From Eledone cirrhosa (taxonomy: Eukaryota), in assembly GCA_964016885.1 (NCBI GenBank), contig OZ024740.1:165664001-165728000 (forward strand): DNA of 64,000 bases. The letters run 5' to 3'. How positions within the stretch are numbered: position 1 is the stretch's first letter; each line of letters opens with the position of its first letter. Of this stretch, positions 42,371-56,776 are shown in pieces. Both the position numbers and the translations under genes were made by a program. The notes beneath the pieces were generated by a model. It ran no database searches. It saw only the letters and a program-made list of their open reading frames with translations, and was not told where the DNA came from.

Positions 42371-43942
42371 TATCATAATTTATATGGGTTAGGCTAGTGG
42401 TGTCTTCATAAACTAACTGGAACATGAACAGAAATGTAAAGCGGAAGGGTGTGGTACATGGATCATTGTACAGTCTTTCTTATAATAAATATTCAGTCAT
42501 ATTGAGAAGATCAGTTGGAACCCCAGTATGAACGTTCCTTTATTGGTCCCTTCACGTAGTCGAATCAGAGAGGAAGGATAGAAATCGATCCCATAATTTA
42601 ATTGATATTTTATTTCATTCAATCTGAAAGGCTGAAAGACATGTCGACGGCAATTGGACTCAGAAAGTTAAAAAGCCTGAAAAAATACTACCAGGCAATT
42701 TTTCCGACGCCTTAAAGATTCTGCTTCTGACTGTGATTTAAGGCTTTAATGTTTTTTACGTGAGGAGGGGGAGTGCAGTTGATTATCATCAATCCTACTT
42801 GAGTGGTCATTTTATCAATCTGAGAAGTATGAAAGACAGGCTACCTCAGGAAGGTTCGATCTCAGAACGTAAACGGATGCACATAAATACTGCTCTAGCG
42901 ATTTTGCCAATTTATAATAATAACAATGCTCTCTAATTTAGGCACAGGGCAAGAAGTTTGTGGTGAAAGAAAAGTCGATATAATGATTCCTGTGCTTAAT
43001 TGGCAGTTTATTTTATATGAAAGGTTGACCTAAGTAGAATTTGAATGCAGAACGGAACGAGCCGGAACAAATCCTACGAAGGTGATACCAATGTACTGCT
43101 CTCACCAATCCACCAGCAATACCCGATATCTAAAATACAAATCATTTGCCCTTCATATATATTTTTTCTCTTACTGTTTTATCTTGCTTCTCTTTTTCTA
43201 TACTTCATTATTTTAAAAAATGTAAATTTTATGTTTGTTTCAGTGCTTGAGTAATTATTTATTGCCTTGCTGCATGGTAGTTTTGTTGTTGTTGTTGTTC
43301 TTTTTTTCAGAGAGGCGAGGAACTTTCGTGTTCTTTGCCTTGTAGACAAATAACAAATATTTTTTTTCAGCATTAACATACCCTGTTGTGGTAGGATTAT
43401 ACATTGTTTAAATTGGACGTATCCGTAGACTGATAGAATTAATTTGTAAAATGCTATAGGTTTAGGACCAACCTATTTATCCACACTACACGTGTGTAAA
43501 ACCAGCAAAAGGGATTATGTGTAGCCGGATGAAACTTGTGTACGTGCCTATTCAAATGTTACCTATCATTGTCGTCATGATCGTGATCTTCAACAAGGGA
43601 GCCTTAATGTAATCATCCCACATACTAGAAATGGTAATGTTCCTTCAAAATACACCTTACCAACTTTAAAAAAAGGAATGGTATTGGATAAGGTAGTACC
43701 GGATACCTTGTCAGAAAATAGGATGGGGTTGTCGTGGCTGAACTGATGTATTCATATAGCTGCTTGACCAGAGTTCATCTGAGCCTGAACAAGAATAACT
43801 TTACATTGATCATCCATATCATTATACCTCTACACCGCCTATCATCACTATTATCATTAAAGTATGACCGTTGAAATCTAATCTACGATGCGTTCTTGAA
43901 TCCCGATTGAAGAAGTCATAAACGTCATTCACATTGCCCAGC

Positions 43943-43996
<54 letters not shown>

Positions 43997-45583
43997 TTCT
44001 CTCTCTCTTCTCTCTCCCAAGACAAAATGATTTTACTGTGTTCGAAATTGTGTCTGAAATTCGGCCAGACTTGACTTACCTATTGTGCTGGGATGATAGG
44101 AACGGACGACTCTCGGAAATGAGAGAAACGAAACTAAGTTATTGTAAAGCTATTTATTCCAATGTTGTACCTTCTCACCTATCAACCCAAGACGGAAATG
44201 ATATAATAAACATGAACATTGATAAAAAAAAAAGCTATATTTTTTTCTTCTGTTCATTATGGGTAAAACAAGATTGAATGGAAAACGTGTTTACATAATT
44301 TTAAATTCTAACTGTTTACGTGGATAGAGAGAGTGAAAGTGAATAAAAATGTAAAGACATTTAATCAATAATACTTTAACAGCCGTTCTTTATTTTAAAA
44401 CCTTCTGAATACTTTAAACTATTGGTTTCTTACACAGCTAGCTCATATCGTGGAGTATTAAATCGATTGAATCGACTCCTAAAAAGTGAAAATATTAATA
44501 ACAATAACAATAATCAATTCCGCCCCGATAGGATATGAACTAAGAGCTGGAATTGATAAAAGTAAATATTGGCTTGCATTTAAGCTGGCATTTAGTCTAA
44601 GCCAATCGTTAACTCTCAGAAGAGTTATTAGTCATACTGATCGAAATTAGTTCACTTTTTGCTATTTTAAAGTCAATGTAATGTAAAATGTTAGACATGA
44701 AGTAATGTATATTTTTTTCAAAGTTAATTCACATCCACTCATTCACATATCAAACAAAATCCTTTTTCATGAATCCCAAGAATGCATACATAATACTGTG
44801 ATACTGAACTGCTAAATGATTCTGAAGTGCTAAATGGAGAGAGTAAATTTGATGTAGAAGAAAGACACTAGTCGACCACAAGAAGATTCGCCCAGATAAT
44901 AAAATCCAACAGCCGGATGCTTATTCCGTACAGCTATATAGAATTAAGTGCCTTACCTAAAAGCACAATGAAACACCTGCAGCAGGTCTGACTCATGATC
45001 TATGAACAAACAGGCAATCAATACTTTAATTTATTATCCACTCAGTTATTACGCCTTTAAAAATGGCAGCGGGCCACACAATGCAAAAGCAGGATGGGGA
45101 TATTTACTTTATAGTTGTTTATTTTATTTTTGATTGGATCGTCTGTCTTATCTAGCAATTTTCGTAATTTCAATATTTTGTAATGACAGTCAGTATTTGT
45201 ATGCAAACAGTTAGTTACTTTTGATAAAATGTATTATTCAAACCTATGCATACCCATTATAAACTGGATATGCATAGAAAAAGATGATCTAGTACATGAT
45301 TTTTTTTTATGAATGAAAGCAAACACTACAGTATACCACTGTTAGCGTCGTATCGATTTGTAAAAGTACAAGCTCATCTCTGCTCGGAGAGATAATTTCT
45401 GTTACATAATAATGTATTTCCTTTCGAATAAAACCCAATCAATGTCACTCACATTTCATTACAAAGGCATCAAATGCGTATTTAAGTATAAAATGACAAC
45501 AGTGTGTGTAAAGAGAAGCAAATAACTTAAAAAGAAAAGCCAAACTAAATACGACACGACACTGGTGGTGGTGATGGAGTGCC

Positions 45584-45630
45584 ATGTTTCGAACAATTCT
45601 GCGTTGTAATCGATTTTGGCTGAAAGCCAA
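45584..45630 (+). CDS. Weak candidate first coding exon (MFRTILRCNRFWLKA)
   Basis: gccATG context, 15 codons plus 2 nt, then GTAAGT donor. Lies in non-repetitive sequence. No partner exon found. Confidence 0.2.
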
Positions 45631-48600
45631 GTAAGTGATGATATTTAAACGTAAATTGTGAAAACATCACAAAACCTTGCTTCTCCTATATGTTAGATAG
45701 TTAATTCACACTTGCTGTCTGTATGTATGGCATAACGTTTTATTTTTAAAAGAACCGGTGAGACGCAAACCTAGGTGCATTTGAAAACACGTCATACCCG
45801 CTGTGTACTCACGCACATACACTACACTCATACATGCAATTCACTTATACCCATAACAGTTGAGTAATTTTTACAAGAGTTAACTATGTGTATATATATA
45901 TATACTACTATTGTTGTAGTAGTAGTGGTGGTGGTGGTGGTGGTAGTAGTAGTAACTGTTGCCGGTTGTATAGAACGTAGTTTGTGTCGAGAAAAACTTA
46001 AGCTGCATTGAAAAGTATCCGTAGAATACGTTAAAATGTTTTGCGATATATTTAGTGAGTTTTTTTTTTTTATATCCTGAATTCTTGGTTGGTATCATTC
46101 TGTGAATGATAAAATTAGTAACACTTCACCTATGTTCATTCATTTTGTTGTTCACATGTAATCGACAAAATAAGATAAAGACTAGAGTCGATTTATTCGC
46201 TGCAATAAATCCGTGCCAATCCAAAAAAATCATTAGCATTGTGAGGTCTATGAAATAGCAGAAACAATAATGTGATAATATAAATGCCTTTATATATAAC
46301 GGCTTTTACGTCGATGATTTGTATTTCGAAAGATCTTGTTTGTCGATTTATACACAGCCACCACTAACAGTTTATTTTCATTCTTAATGTTCAGCCGGAT
46401 GTTTTTTTTCCGTGTTATACAGCTGTAACCTTTTTTGTGAGCGGTATTTTAGCTGTCTCATTTTTTGAAGATGGTATGGGGTAGTTTGGGTGAGATTTAG
46501 TTCGTACCTCTTGTTGATCGAGCGTATAGAGTATTTATTGGTGGCTAAGTGAGAAATGTTGTTGCGTATATAAATGTATTTATTATGCTACCACTATAAC
46601 AATATATCACTGAAAGTTTAGAAGGAAAGTTTTAAAATGTAATATTTTAAAGAGATAATATATAATAATCAATAATATCAACAAATAAGTATTTTATTTT
46701 TGGACTTTTATCAGCAAAAATATGGTAATTTTTTGTTCGTATTATAAAGATCAAAGAGATACCAAACATTTAATTTACTGAGTGTTGGTACTGTACTACG
46801 CAGCCGACTGCTCTACATAACATGAATCAACAAAAGTTTTCTGTCCGCCATATTTGAGCAGGCATTGCCTGTCCTAGATTGCCTTCTCTTTCTCTGTTTA
46901 CGATAGCTAACCTTCTGATTCTGCGTTCAAATTTGTTGTAATGTATGTTACAGTAGTGAAAAAGAATGTTATTAATTTTTTTGGGGAAAAAAATATTTTT
47001 GAGGTTAACTTACTATTATGCTTTCTCAAGTACATGAGTAAAGTTAAGATATGATAAGCTACAGCCAAATTATACTACATGAATAAAGTTAAGATAGCCT
47101 TAGCTACAGCCAAATGACACAAGTATACAGCCTTCAACTTAACTGTAGCTTCATCGTTTTTCGCGTTTTTTTTCATCTCTCAAGCTATACACACGTTACA
47201 ATATCGTTAGAACTACACTTAAAGATAGTAAGGGCCATATTTGATGTGTCCGCTTTGCAAATTATATTACTGATTGATTTCCATGTAATTACGGCATGTA
47301 AACTGAAAATTCATCGCAGTTTTCGCTCCGTTTGAACACAATCATATAAAGAACTGATTGTAATTGCTCCGTTATAGAACCAAATATAATCTGCCGATAT
47401 TGATCTTTTTAGCTAATTATCAGGTCGTTTTTTTAATTAATATAACAGAATTATAGCCGATGTTTTATATAATTTAAAGAAAAAAGATGTTTTTACGAAA
47501 AAAAAAAAGTTAATAATACACTGTTTTAATTAAGACATAGCTAATTATATATTTGCTGCAAATAACGCTTAAATAATTTGTTGGCAAATCTTCTTCATAC
47601 AATAATCCTCAAATGTTTTATATAATTACGCATGCAAATATTAATTTGTACAACACACGACTTTTTCTCGTATCCTAACAGATATCTATGTACTACATAT
47701 GTCTCTCTTAAGATTTATTAAGACCACCACCAACAACAACTACTATCGATTTGCAATCATCAGTTTATTTCTAACTTTGTTCATATTATTTCTATGCGTA
47801 TAGTGGCAATAAGCTGTGTGGATGTGATATTATGTCATGCGTATACATCATGCAGCTGATTCACCATCAGCTGTATTGTTGTGCGAACCTTTGTATCAAA
47901 CCAGAAACACACGCGAGTTTCTTTTTTCTCTTCTTCTTTTGATGTAAAAAGATTGGCGAAGGGGTGCTCTTTTTAGAGCATGCATACAAAAAGTGTAAAA
48001 AATATGTTCCTGAGCAGTGTTCACATAGCGTTTGAAAACGGCACGTTTAATCGGCTATGAATAGCACAACGACAACGGAGCGAATACATAGTTTCTTTAT
48101 AAATCAGTGCTTTTATTTAGATGTGTGGCACTATCACCTCTGGAATGTCTTAAAATATTAAGACTGCATCAGATGGAAAATAGTCGAATATCTCTGTCGT
48201 AGGTTAAAGTAAAGGAATATTTATGTATACGAAGTTTATTATAATACTGGTGAGGATTTTACATTGATGAGACATTAGTTCCACTACAATTATAATTTCC
48301 AATTTTAGTTCTGATACTATCTTTTTCGTTGATAAAAAACTTAAGTAAATTAAATGACTTAACTTACATCTCCAAACTCTCTTTAATCATATCCTACTGT
48401 CTTAAAAAAAAATGGAAAGATATATTGGGTACTGTTTGGAAAAAAACCTAACGATCAGAACTGAAATTTCGATCATACGTTTATTTGATCATGGTTGATA
48501 TGTGGATGAGCAGCAGCAACAGCAACAAAAGTTACGATGACAAAACGGTTCTAGTGAAGTTGGAATATGAACACGACAAGTGTGTCATTGAATATTCCAA

Positions 48601-50167
48601 ATACATTAAATAACTAAGATTTGTTTTCGAAGAAAGTAAAGGCATATCACAAAAGAAATATCGCAACTGTGTTTATGAAACCATCTGACTATCAATATTT
48701 ATTGTATTACTTACATGATCCGCGCACTATTTACATTAAAGTATACTTATAAAATATTTGATATTGGGCTGTAAGACTGTACTCAGAAAATATCAGAACG
48801 TCAGTGCCAGTATATTGGATATAACGTTATTTATTTATTTATTTTTTTATATAGTCTCATTTTCTCCTAGATACTTATCTATGTTTAATACATACATGGT
48901 AGTAAATATTTTTCTCAATAAGAGGAGCATCTTGGAGAAAATGAACACCTGATAAGTAGAGCCTGCAATTTGTTTTATATTGTACACTAGAACCATTTCA
49001 CTAATATTTTTAATACCCGTGGGATATGCATAAACATCATAACTTCCTTCCTACTTATTTCTCTCCTAAAATATAGGTACATTTAGCTAGAAAAAAAAAA
49101 AGCTAACTGAATTTCCCGCCTATATTTTAACATTATTACTGTATTTCTATTTTTCGTTTCTTTGTTGTTTTTTATGTCATGTTTTATATATTTTTTTCAA
49201 TTCCACTCAACAATTTTCTATTTCGTTTCCATACTTCTATTCTTCCATTTTGTCATTGTTTCCCCAAATCGCTATCTTCCTTCTCACAATTTTTTAATAA
49301 AAGATTTTTTTACTTTTTTGATTAGCCTCCATTCTTCAGAATTTTTAAACATCTCTTTTCCTCCTCAACTACTACCACCGCCTCCCACACCCTTAAAGCT
49401 CTCCCCTTTTTGCTTATACCATACCTAACTACTTCTAATCCCGCAACATAACACGACCGCTCCTCTCCACTACACTCTTCACTTTCCCTATTTCCCTTTA
49501 ATTGTATGTATCTTTTATTCAAGGTAAATTTTTACCCATCACGCACAGCAAGTCGGTTTTATTGTTATTCTTTCTATTCACTCCCGTCATCTCTTCACGA
49601 GACTCCCGTTATTGTCCCTTTTCTTCTCCTTAGCTTTAACTCCAATTCCACCACCACCGCCATTAACACCACTACCATGACTACGAGTCATCCCTTCACT
49701 TTCGTTTCTATCCATCTATTCGTACCTCTGCTGTAATTCAATTGGTCACAAAACAGACACACTCATACGGTTTAGTCTAGCTGCTCCGAGTTCGGCGCCA
49801 TGCACTATTGCAAACTATAGACGACAGCTGCACATCCATCTGCCGATTGCTACCAAAAGATTATCATCAAATATACTAGAGAATGCATAAAGAATGACGG
49901 TGTGGTGATGTGTATTGAGGCATAGCTAATACATGTAATTCATGTATCGATGCATGCACCACGTGGATTTATATGTATATATATATTAGTATGGGTGTGT
50001 GTGTGTGCGGGCGTGAGTGCGTATTGATATACACACGGACGCACACATACAGAGATATCCTCATATATATATATAGATAGATAGATATTCATATCCATAG
50101 CGTTATATTTATATATATATAGGGGTAGGATATCTTCCAACTCTCATTATATATATATATATATATA

Positions 50168-50257
50168 TTTAACTTTGCCTTTCATTCTTACGGGGTCGAT
50201 AAAATAAAGTACCAGTAATACACCGAGCAATTGCTGGCCTTGTGCCAAAAGTAGAAA

Positions 50258-50258
<1 letters not shown>
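50168..50258 (+). mobile_element. SINE 3' fragment (Meta-like family) between TA runs
   Basis: AACTTTGCCTTTCATTCTTACGGGGTCGATAAAATAAAGTACCAG...GGCCTTGTGCCAAAAGTAGAAAC. Confidence 0.7.
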
Positions 50259-50320
<62 letters not shown>

Positions 50321-53300
50321 GAGTTGGTAGGCTCATGCGAAGCTGGTAGCAGGTCCAAAAGAGATGGAAAATATAGATCCAATTTCAAATGGCTTAAGTG
50401 CTAATTACGTTTGTATGTGTTATGGGAATATATGGCACATATTGTGTATATGATGTTCTTAAAGTAACGGATAAAAAAGGAGCTGAAAACTTAGGCCAGA
50501 AGCCCATCTCTCCTCAATGCTGGAAATCCCTTCAAACAACCCAGCCTACTACTAACACTTCTGGTCAGGCCTGAGTGTGCACATCTATATGTATATATAT
50601 GTTTATAACTATATTTACATATGTTTACACACATTATCACAGCAAGTTGGTAAATATGCACAATAGACAAAAAAAGACTATTTGTTAGTAGAGGTGTATT
50701 AGATTATAGGCATTAATAAATACTCATTATAAATTTATGATAACCGTTTCAAGACAGAGGAATCTAATAAAAATGTGAAGTAGTTCTCTGTATTAAAAGA
50801 AGGTTAGCGAGAATAAAAATCATAATCCTGCAGACTTTGGGGACTCTTGAAATTAAGCGTACTCAACCAACACCTGCTTATGTGTAAAAAAGTGAAATAA
50901 TTCTTTCTAGCATTGACAAAAGGCGAGAAATTTAGGGAAAGATGAAAGTTGGTTATATCGATCTTAAGGTGGGATTTGAACTCAGAACGCAAGAGCCGGA
51001 ACTAAATGCCGCAAATAATGTATCTTAGACAAGTGTCTTTCACTATAATGTCGGCTTTGTTAATAAAATTGGGTAGACTGAAACTGTATAGAAACGTGTT
51101 AGATGGATCGTACCCGTAATTCAAATTTGTCACACGGGGTGTTTCTATGATTCCATTCGAGAATTGTGTAAAGGGTATATACGCTGTTGTCTGAGGAATA
51201 CAATAATTTACACAGATCTAACGAATAGAACTTTTATCAAACAACCAATTGTTTATCAGCGAAATCGACGGAGGATCCGTCATAATGTTATTAAAAAAGT
51301 TGGCGTTAAAAAAGTATTTAAAATGTACGTTTCCTACATCTAGGGTAATTGTAACGGTGTAACGCCAATCAACATGAATTTTTATCAGTAAACCCTTCTT
51401 TTCTACGTCACCCTAAACACAATTAATTTGACTAAAGGCATTGTTATATGCCGCTACGATTACTGATATGTATGTGCGTTCGCGGTTATGTGTTAGTTCC
51501 CTGTGTGTGCATTTATGATAAATGCATAAATAAATTAATAAACAGATACATATATCGCAATATAGACAGTATAAACTGCTCCGTATAGATTTATTGATAA
51601 TTACTGTTAACTCCTTTTCGTTCTTAGAAATTAATTAGCTGCTATTCTTCCAGTTATAAGATTCTTTCACGAAGATCTGACAAATCAATTTATTGATAAA
51701 ATGAAAATAAGTGTAATCGGATTAGTAGAGATAAAGGCGACATTTCTTTTATTTAGTGTTTCCTAAGTCGTTGCCAACATTAGTTTCGAATGTTGTTAAT
51801 GGTTTATTTTCCCTCAAATATTACATTGAAGATCAGACAAATAAATGAAGCAAATTCCCCAAAACAGCCGCTAATTACCTTGGCTTAACCTAGAAATAGA
51901 TATGAAAATCTTAGGTTAACAAGTTGAAAGCAATTTGATAAGCGCATTGTATGCATGTATCTAGCTATGTATGTGATACGTATATATAAAATGTGTGTGT
52001 GTGTGAGATTTGTATACACATACTTCTGTACATAATATACCAACGAACAAACATGATATATAATCTTCCATCCATCGCATATTTTTTCTGTGTAAGTAGA
52101 GACACAATTGACTGCAAACAATTGTACTGCAAACAATTGTACTGTAGTGTTTCTATGTTTACATGCTTTTGTCCATTCGGGAATTAGGGTTTACTTGCGA
52201 ACGTGCGTGCTTGTGCGAAAATCTATTAGTTCTTCACTAGTTGGGTTCATAAGAAAACCTTGGTTTGAAAATGTCAGCGGCATGCTTGGTGGACAATAAC
52301 GTAGTTGTGATATAGTTATAATTATCCTTTTGCAAACTAGACCTTTAACCTCTCCCTCGTCAAATTTCTATTGCCATCGTAATAATATAAATGTCGCTAG
52401 CACGCCCAAAGTCTCAAAGAAGTCGTACTAGAGTCAAGGGTGTTACCATTTCAGGAAAATTGAAACCAACTCACAGTATCGAGTCTTCCGTACAACATAT
52501 CTATTTTATATGTGTACGTTCATTAGTGTATCTGCATTCCGTAAAAGCGCGTGGCTTACTGGTTAGGGTGTCTGGCTCTTAGTAGTATGGTTGTGAATTC
52601 GATTCCTTGCGTCGCGTTACGTCCGTGAGCCAGATATTATATATATTTCACGTTGATCTAATTCAATCAGTTAGTAAAAATGAGATGTATGATATTTGTA
52701 ATTCAATGTCAAATTCGCTGTCCTGCTGAATCTCTTTGAATATCTACGTTGTGTGCACGTGTCTATGAATACACAGTAATTTGCACGTTGATTTAGCGAG
52801 AAGGCTATTCTGTAGTCCGTACAATTGGAACGACGGATGTCCATCTCAGGCACACACATACATATCTTCATTGCGCAATCCAAGCGTGTGGTTTCACATT
52901 GCCTGTCTCTAGCCTGTTTTTGCCACGAGTAATCCACTAAGACCTCCAGTCGTAACAATGCTGTCATTCTGTATATGATAGAGGACATTATCCAATGGCC
53001 GTTTTATTTATTTTTTTTATTTTTTTGTAAAGACTTGTAAAGCTATAATTTGAGGGAGATTTTCCTGCTATTTCTAGGATATTGAAGAACCGTGTATAGG
53101 TTGCTGTTATTGTTGGGTAATAATAGTAATTAGCTAATTTAACATTGGTTCGCTTTTGTCACCATTAGACGTCTAGATTATCTGCCCTTGTTTTCGGGCT
53201 CTACTCTATCTTTCCCTATTGTTCTGTATTTTCTTTTTTCAGTAAGCAATTTCTGGTTCATTTTCATCTACCATGATTGATCAAACTGGTCCTCACGGCT

Positions 53301-53633
53301 AACGAAACGTACGTATCTGGGATGGACCGTTTTAGTAACTGGCCTTAATGATTATATTCAAACGCCCTAAGGGTTCTATATCTGGGATATTTTTACCTAC
53401 TACTACGACTACTACTACTACTACTACTATATATATATATATATACATTCACACATGTTCCTCTTCTCTCACGTAGTAAGAGTAAATTGAACTGACAAAT
53501 GAATCTGTGCAACTGACATGTCTTGGAATAACTGTGTTATTGAAAACTACTTCTACTACTCACATTCACATGCGCATACTCCCCCCGTCATTACAAATGA
53601 CTCAGACAAATGCGTAGGAAACGTAGAACTTCG

Positions 53634-53687
<54 letters not shown>

Positions 53688-54973
53688 CACACTTACATAC
53701 ATACACAAACACTCGAACACACGTATATATTTAACATTCGTTTCCGAAAATTTACATACATACACAGCTGAATTACAAAGACATAATATGACTGTAATTT
53801 TCCGTCGAATTTTCTTTCTATTTTCTTTTCAAGTTAGCTCTTTATCAGAATTGAAAGCGCAAATAAAATGTCTTTTGGCGAACGTCTGTAATCTGTGCAT
53901 GAAATGATCAAATGCACAGGCTGTTTCAAATTGTTTTTTGTTTCTTCCTAGAAGTAAATCGAAATTGGAATTCATAGATGCGGAGTTGTTTTTAAACGAA
54001 TTACTTGCTCTCTCTTTTCCACATATTTCAGGAATGAGAAAGCAAAAATTAGCAAATTAAACGAATGAATGGAATCTTTAAAATTCCCTTACTGTATCCT
54101 ACTTAGTCTAAGGAGCTTGTATAATTTCATTTTTTAGTTAGTTCCTCTTTATTGTTCTCTGTTCACCTGCATACGATACTACTACTACTAACAACAGTAC
54201 TAGTACTACGTTTCTCACTGTTTCGCTCGTATGCTTTTACACGTCTTCACTTAAAGATTTCATCACATGCACAGCACAATTAGGAAAGTATTAGAAAGAA
54301 CCAACTCACCCCGTCAACCTTCATCGCCATTTTTCTAACTGTTACCACCACGCCATAGTCATCTCACTTTACACATCCATCGCTATCACCGTCGCTAAGC
54401 TTCAAAAAAACTTATACAACAATAAATATCTCCAGAATCTGCTACAGAATATTTCAGTGAAATCGGGCAATCGGAGACTGTTTGGAACTCTATCGGATGT
54501 TTGGAACTATTCTCGCCATGCTGGGTCTCCCAGACAATTATGCACGCGCGTTTGTAGAATACGCAACCACATACTCTTTAATTTAATGAGTAGACTATTC
54601 CGTAAATCGAAATGAAACACTAAATGACGAAACCTACGGAGGCCCATTTATCTATTTATAATGATTAAAGTGTTGGGAGTCATGCAAATACAAATGTTAA
54701 ACCGAGAATGTTTTGATGTTATGATATAGAGGCAAATAATATCAAATAATGGCTTAAACACGCACACGCACCCATTCATGCCTTTCTGACGGATGAAATT
54801 AATGATGTAATATATATTCAGGGTGTCCCCTAAAAATGTATACATATATTTATCAGAAGCTTGTTGACTTTTTGGAAACCCTATATATATATATATAAGT
54901 ATGCATGTATGTATACTTACATTTAAGCAAGTGCCGTACTAAGAGTGAGAAATGAAACTTCGTTTCATTCTAT

Positions 54974-55010
<37 letters not shown>

Positions 55011-56660
55011 TTCTCCTAAATTTTATTTTATACAGAGTGCGAAAGAAGTATTGGAAATTAAACACTTTTATAAATATTATAAATATTACTTTAAATGCTC
55101 TAAAAATATAAAGCTATTATTCACGACCTTGGTTAACACTACTCACTCGAGAAATACACATGTTTCCTGGTTCAAGCAGTAACAGTAGTTTCTCGTATCA
55201 CCTATTATTTGATGTATTCAACTTGACAGCGGGACCTAATTAAAGAAACATTAAGCTACGCAATTGTATATAAAAAAAGGCTTTCTATTCATCCTAAGAG
55301 CTTGACTTCTGTTTCTCTTTTATTTCACCCTTCTGGAATCAATCTAATTTAAACAAAATTAATAAATAAGTTCACAAAGACAGCCAACGGTTACAACAAG
55401 AGGATCATCTAATATTTTTCTAAAACAACGTGTGTGTTTTATTAGTTGTATATATATATATATATATGAGGTGGGCGATGGGAGAATGAAATAGAGAGAG
55501 AGATAGAGCAAACCTCGAATGTAGGTTTCTTGGTGTTTATCAGAAACAAACCGTTTTAATGTGTTTATTAGTTTGGATCGGGTACTTTTGGATGATACAA
55601 AAGGGAATCAAGGCAAGTAACTGTGACATTCTCTGAAGTGTTGTTATATTTATTGACGCTAATGACTTTAGTTACTGCCCTGAGATTAGAATATAGTCCT
55701 GGAATTAATTAAGGAACGCCAGATTAATGTCAAGACGAAATGTGTCAGTGGAAGTAGCGTACGAAATAAACTTTAAATTGTATCCGTTTTAAAATGTGTA
55801 ACTTTTCAATGTTCCTGCCTGCTGATTTTAATAATATAATTTTCACATTATAGAATCTTAAAGGCATCTATTCTTACGGATGGAGTTAATGCGAATAGAA
55901 GTTATAAATAGGCATTTTATAAAAACAATGTACGTTTCAACATACTATTAAAAAAGAAAGGCAAAATTCACCTTCGTGGGATTTGAACTCTCACAGCGCA
56001 GAAAACCGGTACAAATAATGCATGGCATTTGAACTGACGTTATAAGAATTTCACCAATTCAACCGTGTTTGCAATACTGAACAGAAATTAACAGTAGCAT
56101 TTGGTTATTATGGAATAGATCACACATATGGAAACTGCGGTCGGGAGCATCTGAAGTAAAAGTCAAGTGCAGAAGCACCTCCTATTGCGTTCACTCTGAT
56201 AATGCAACGTGCTAGTGATTGGCTTACTAATTTCTACATTAGACTTTGTACACGCACAAACACACTGGATACGTACCTATACATTCCCGCGTGCAATTAA
56301 TGCCTCATTGTGCCTAATTGGAGCGACCGGGACTATACGGATTTTAATTCCGATAGCCTCATATATATAAAGGTAGGGGTCGGAGCGTGAGCCCTACAAT
56401 TCCAGTCGGCTTCCGGTCTGTATCTCATCATGTATCGAGTACAATTGGTTTGAGGTCGTCGCGGCCTTCGCACTGTTGACACCACACACTCTCTCTTTCT
56501 TTCTGGGGTGTGTATGTGTGTGTATAGTTGAAATACACAAGCATATAATTTAAATACACAACATATAGCTAATATATATGTTGGTGATGCGCGTATGTAC
56601 ATTTTGTGAACATTCCATTGCTGTATATGTTAATTAAAATTAAACAAACAATAATGAAAT

Positions 56661-56776
56661 AATTGTTTCTACTTTTGGCACAAGGCGAGCAATTATCTCA
56701 GTACATTACTGGTACATTATTTTATCTACCCCGTAAGGATGAAAGGCGAAGTTAACCTCGATTGGATTTGAACTCA
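56661..56776 (-). mobile_element. SINE fragment (Meta-like family)
   Basis: AATTGTTTCTACTTTTGGCACAAGG...CCCCGTAAGGATGAAAGGCGAAGTTAACCTCG..GGATTTGAACTC. Confidence 0.7.

Noticed and set aside
43300-43410. Two strong TTTTTTTCAG acceptor-like sites as exon 2 of the 17.4-kb candidate
   Set aside because: Both phase-1 readings hit a stop within ~14 codons and the only donor (GTAGGA) is weak. Unsupported without RNA data.
54819-54883. Tiny mariner-like MITE (CAGGGTGTCC…GGAAACCCTA)
   Set aside because: TIR match too short and imperfect to call with confidence.
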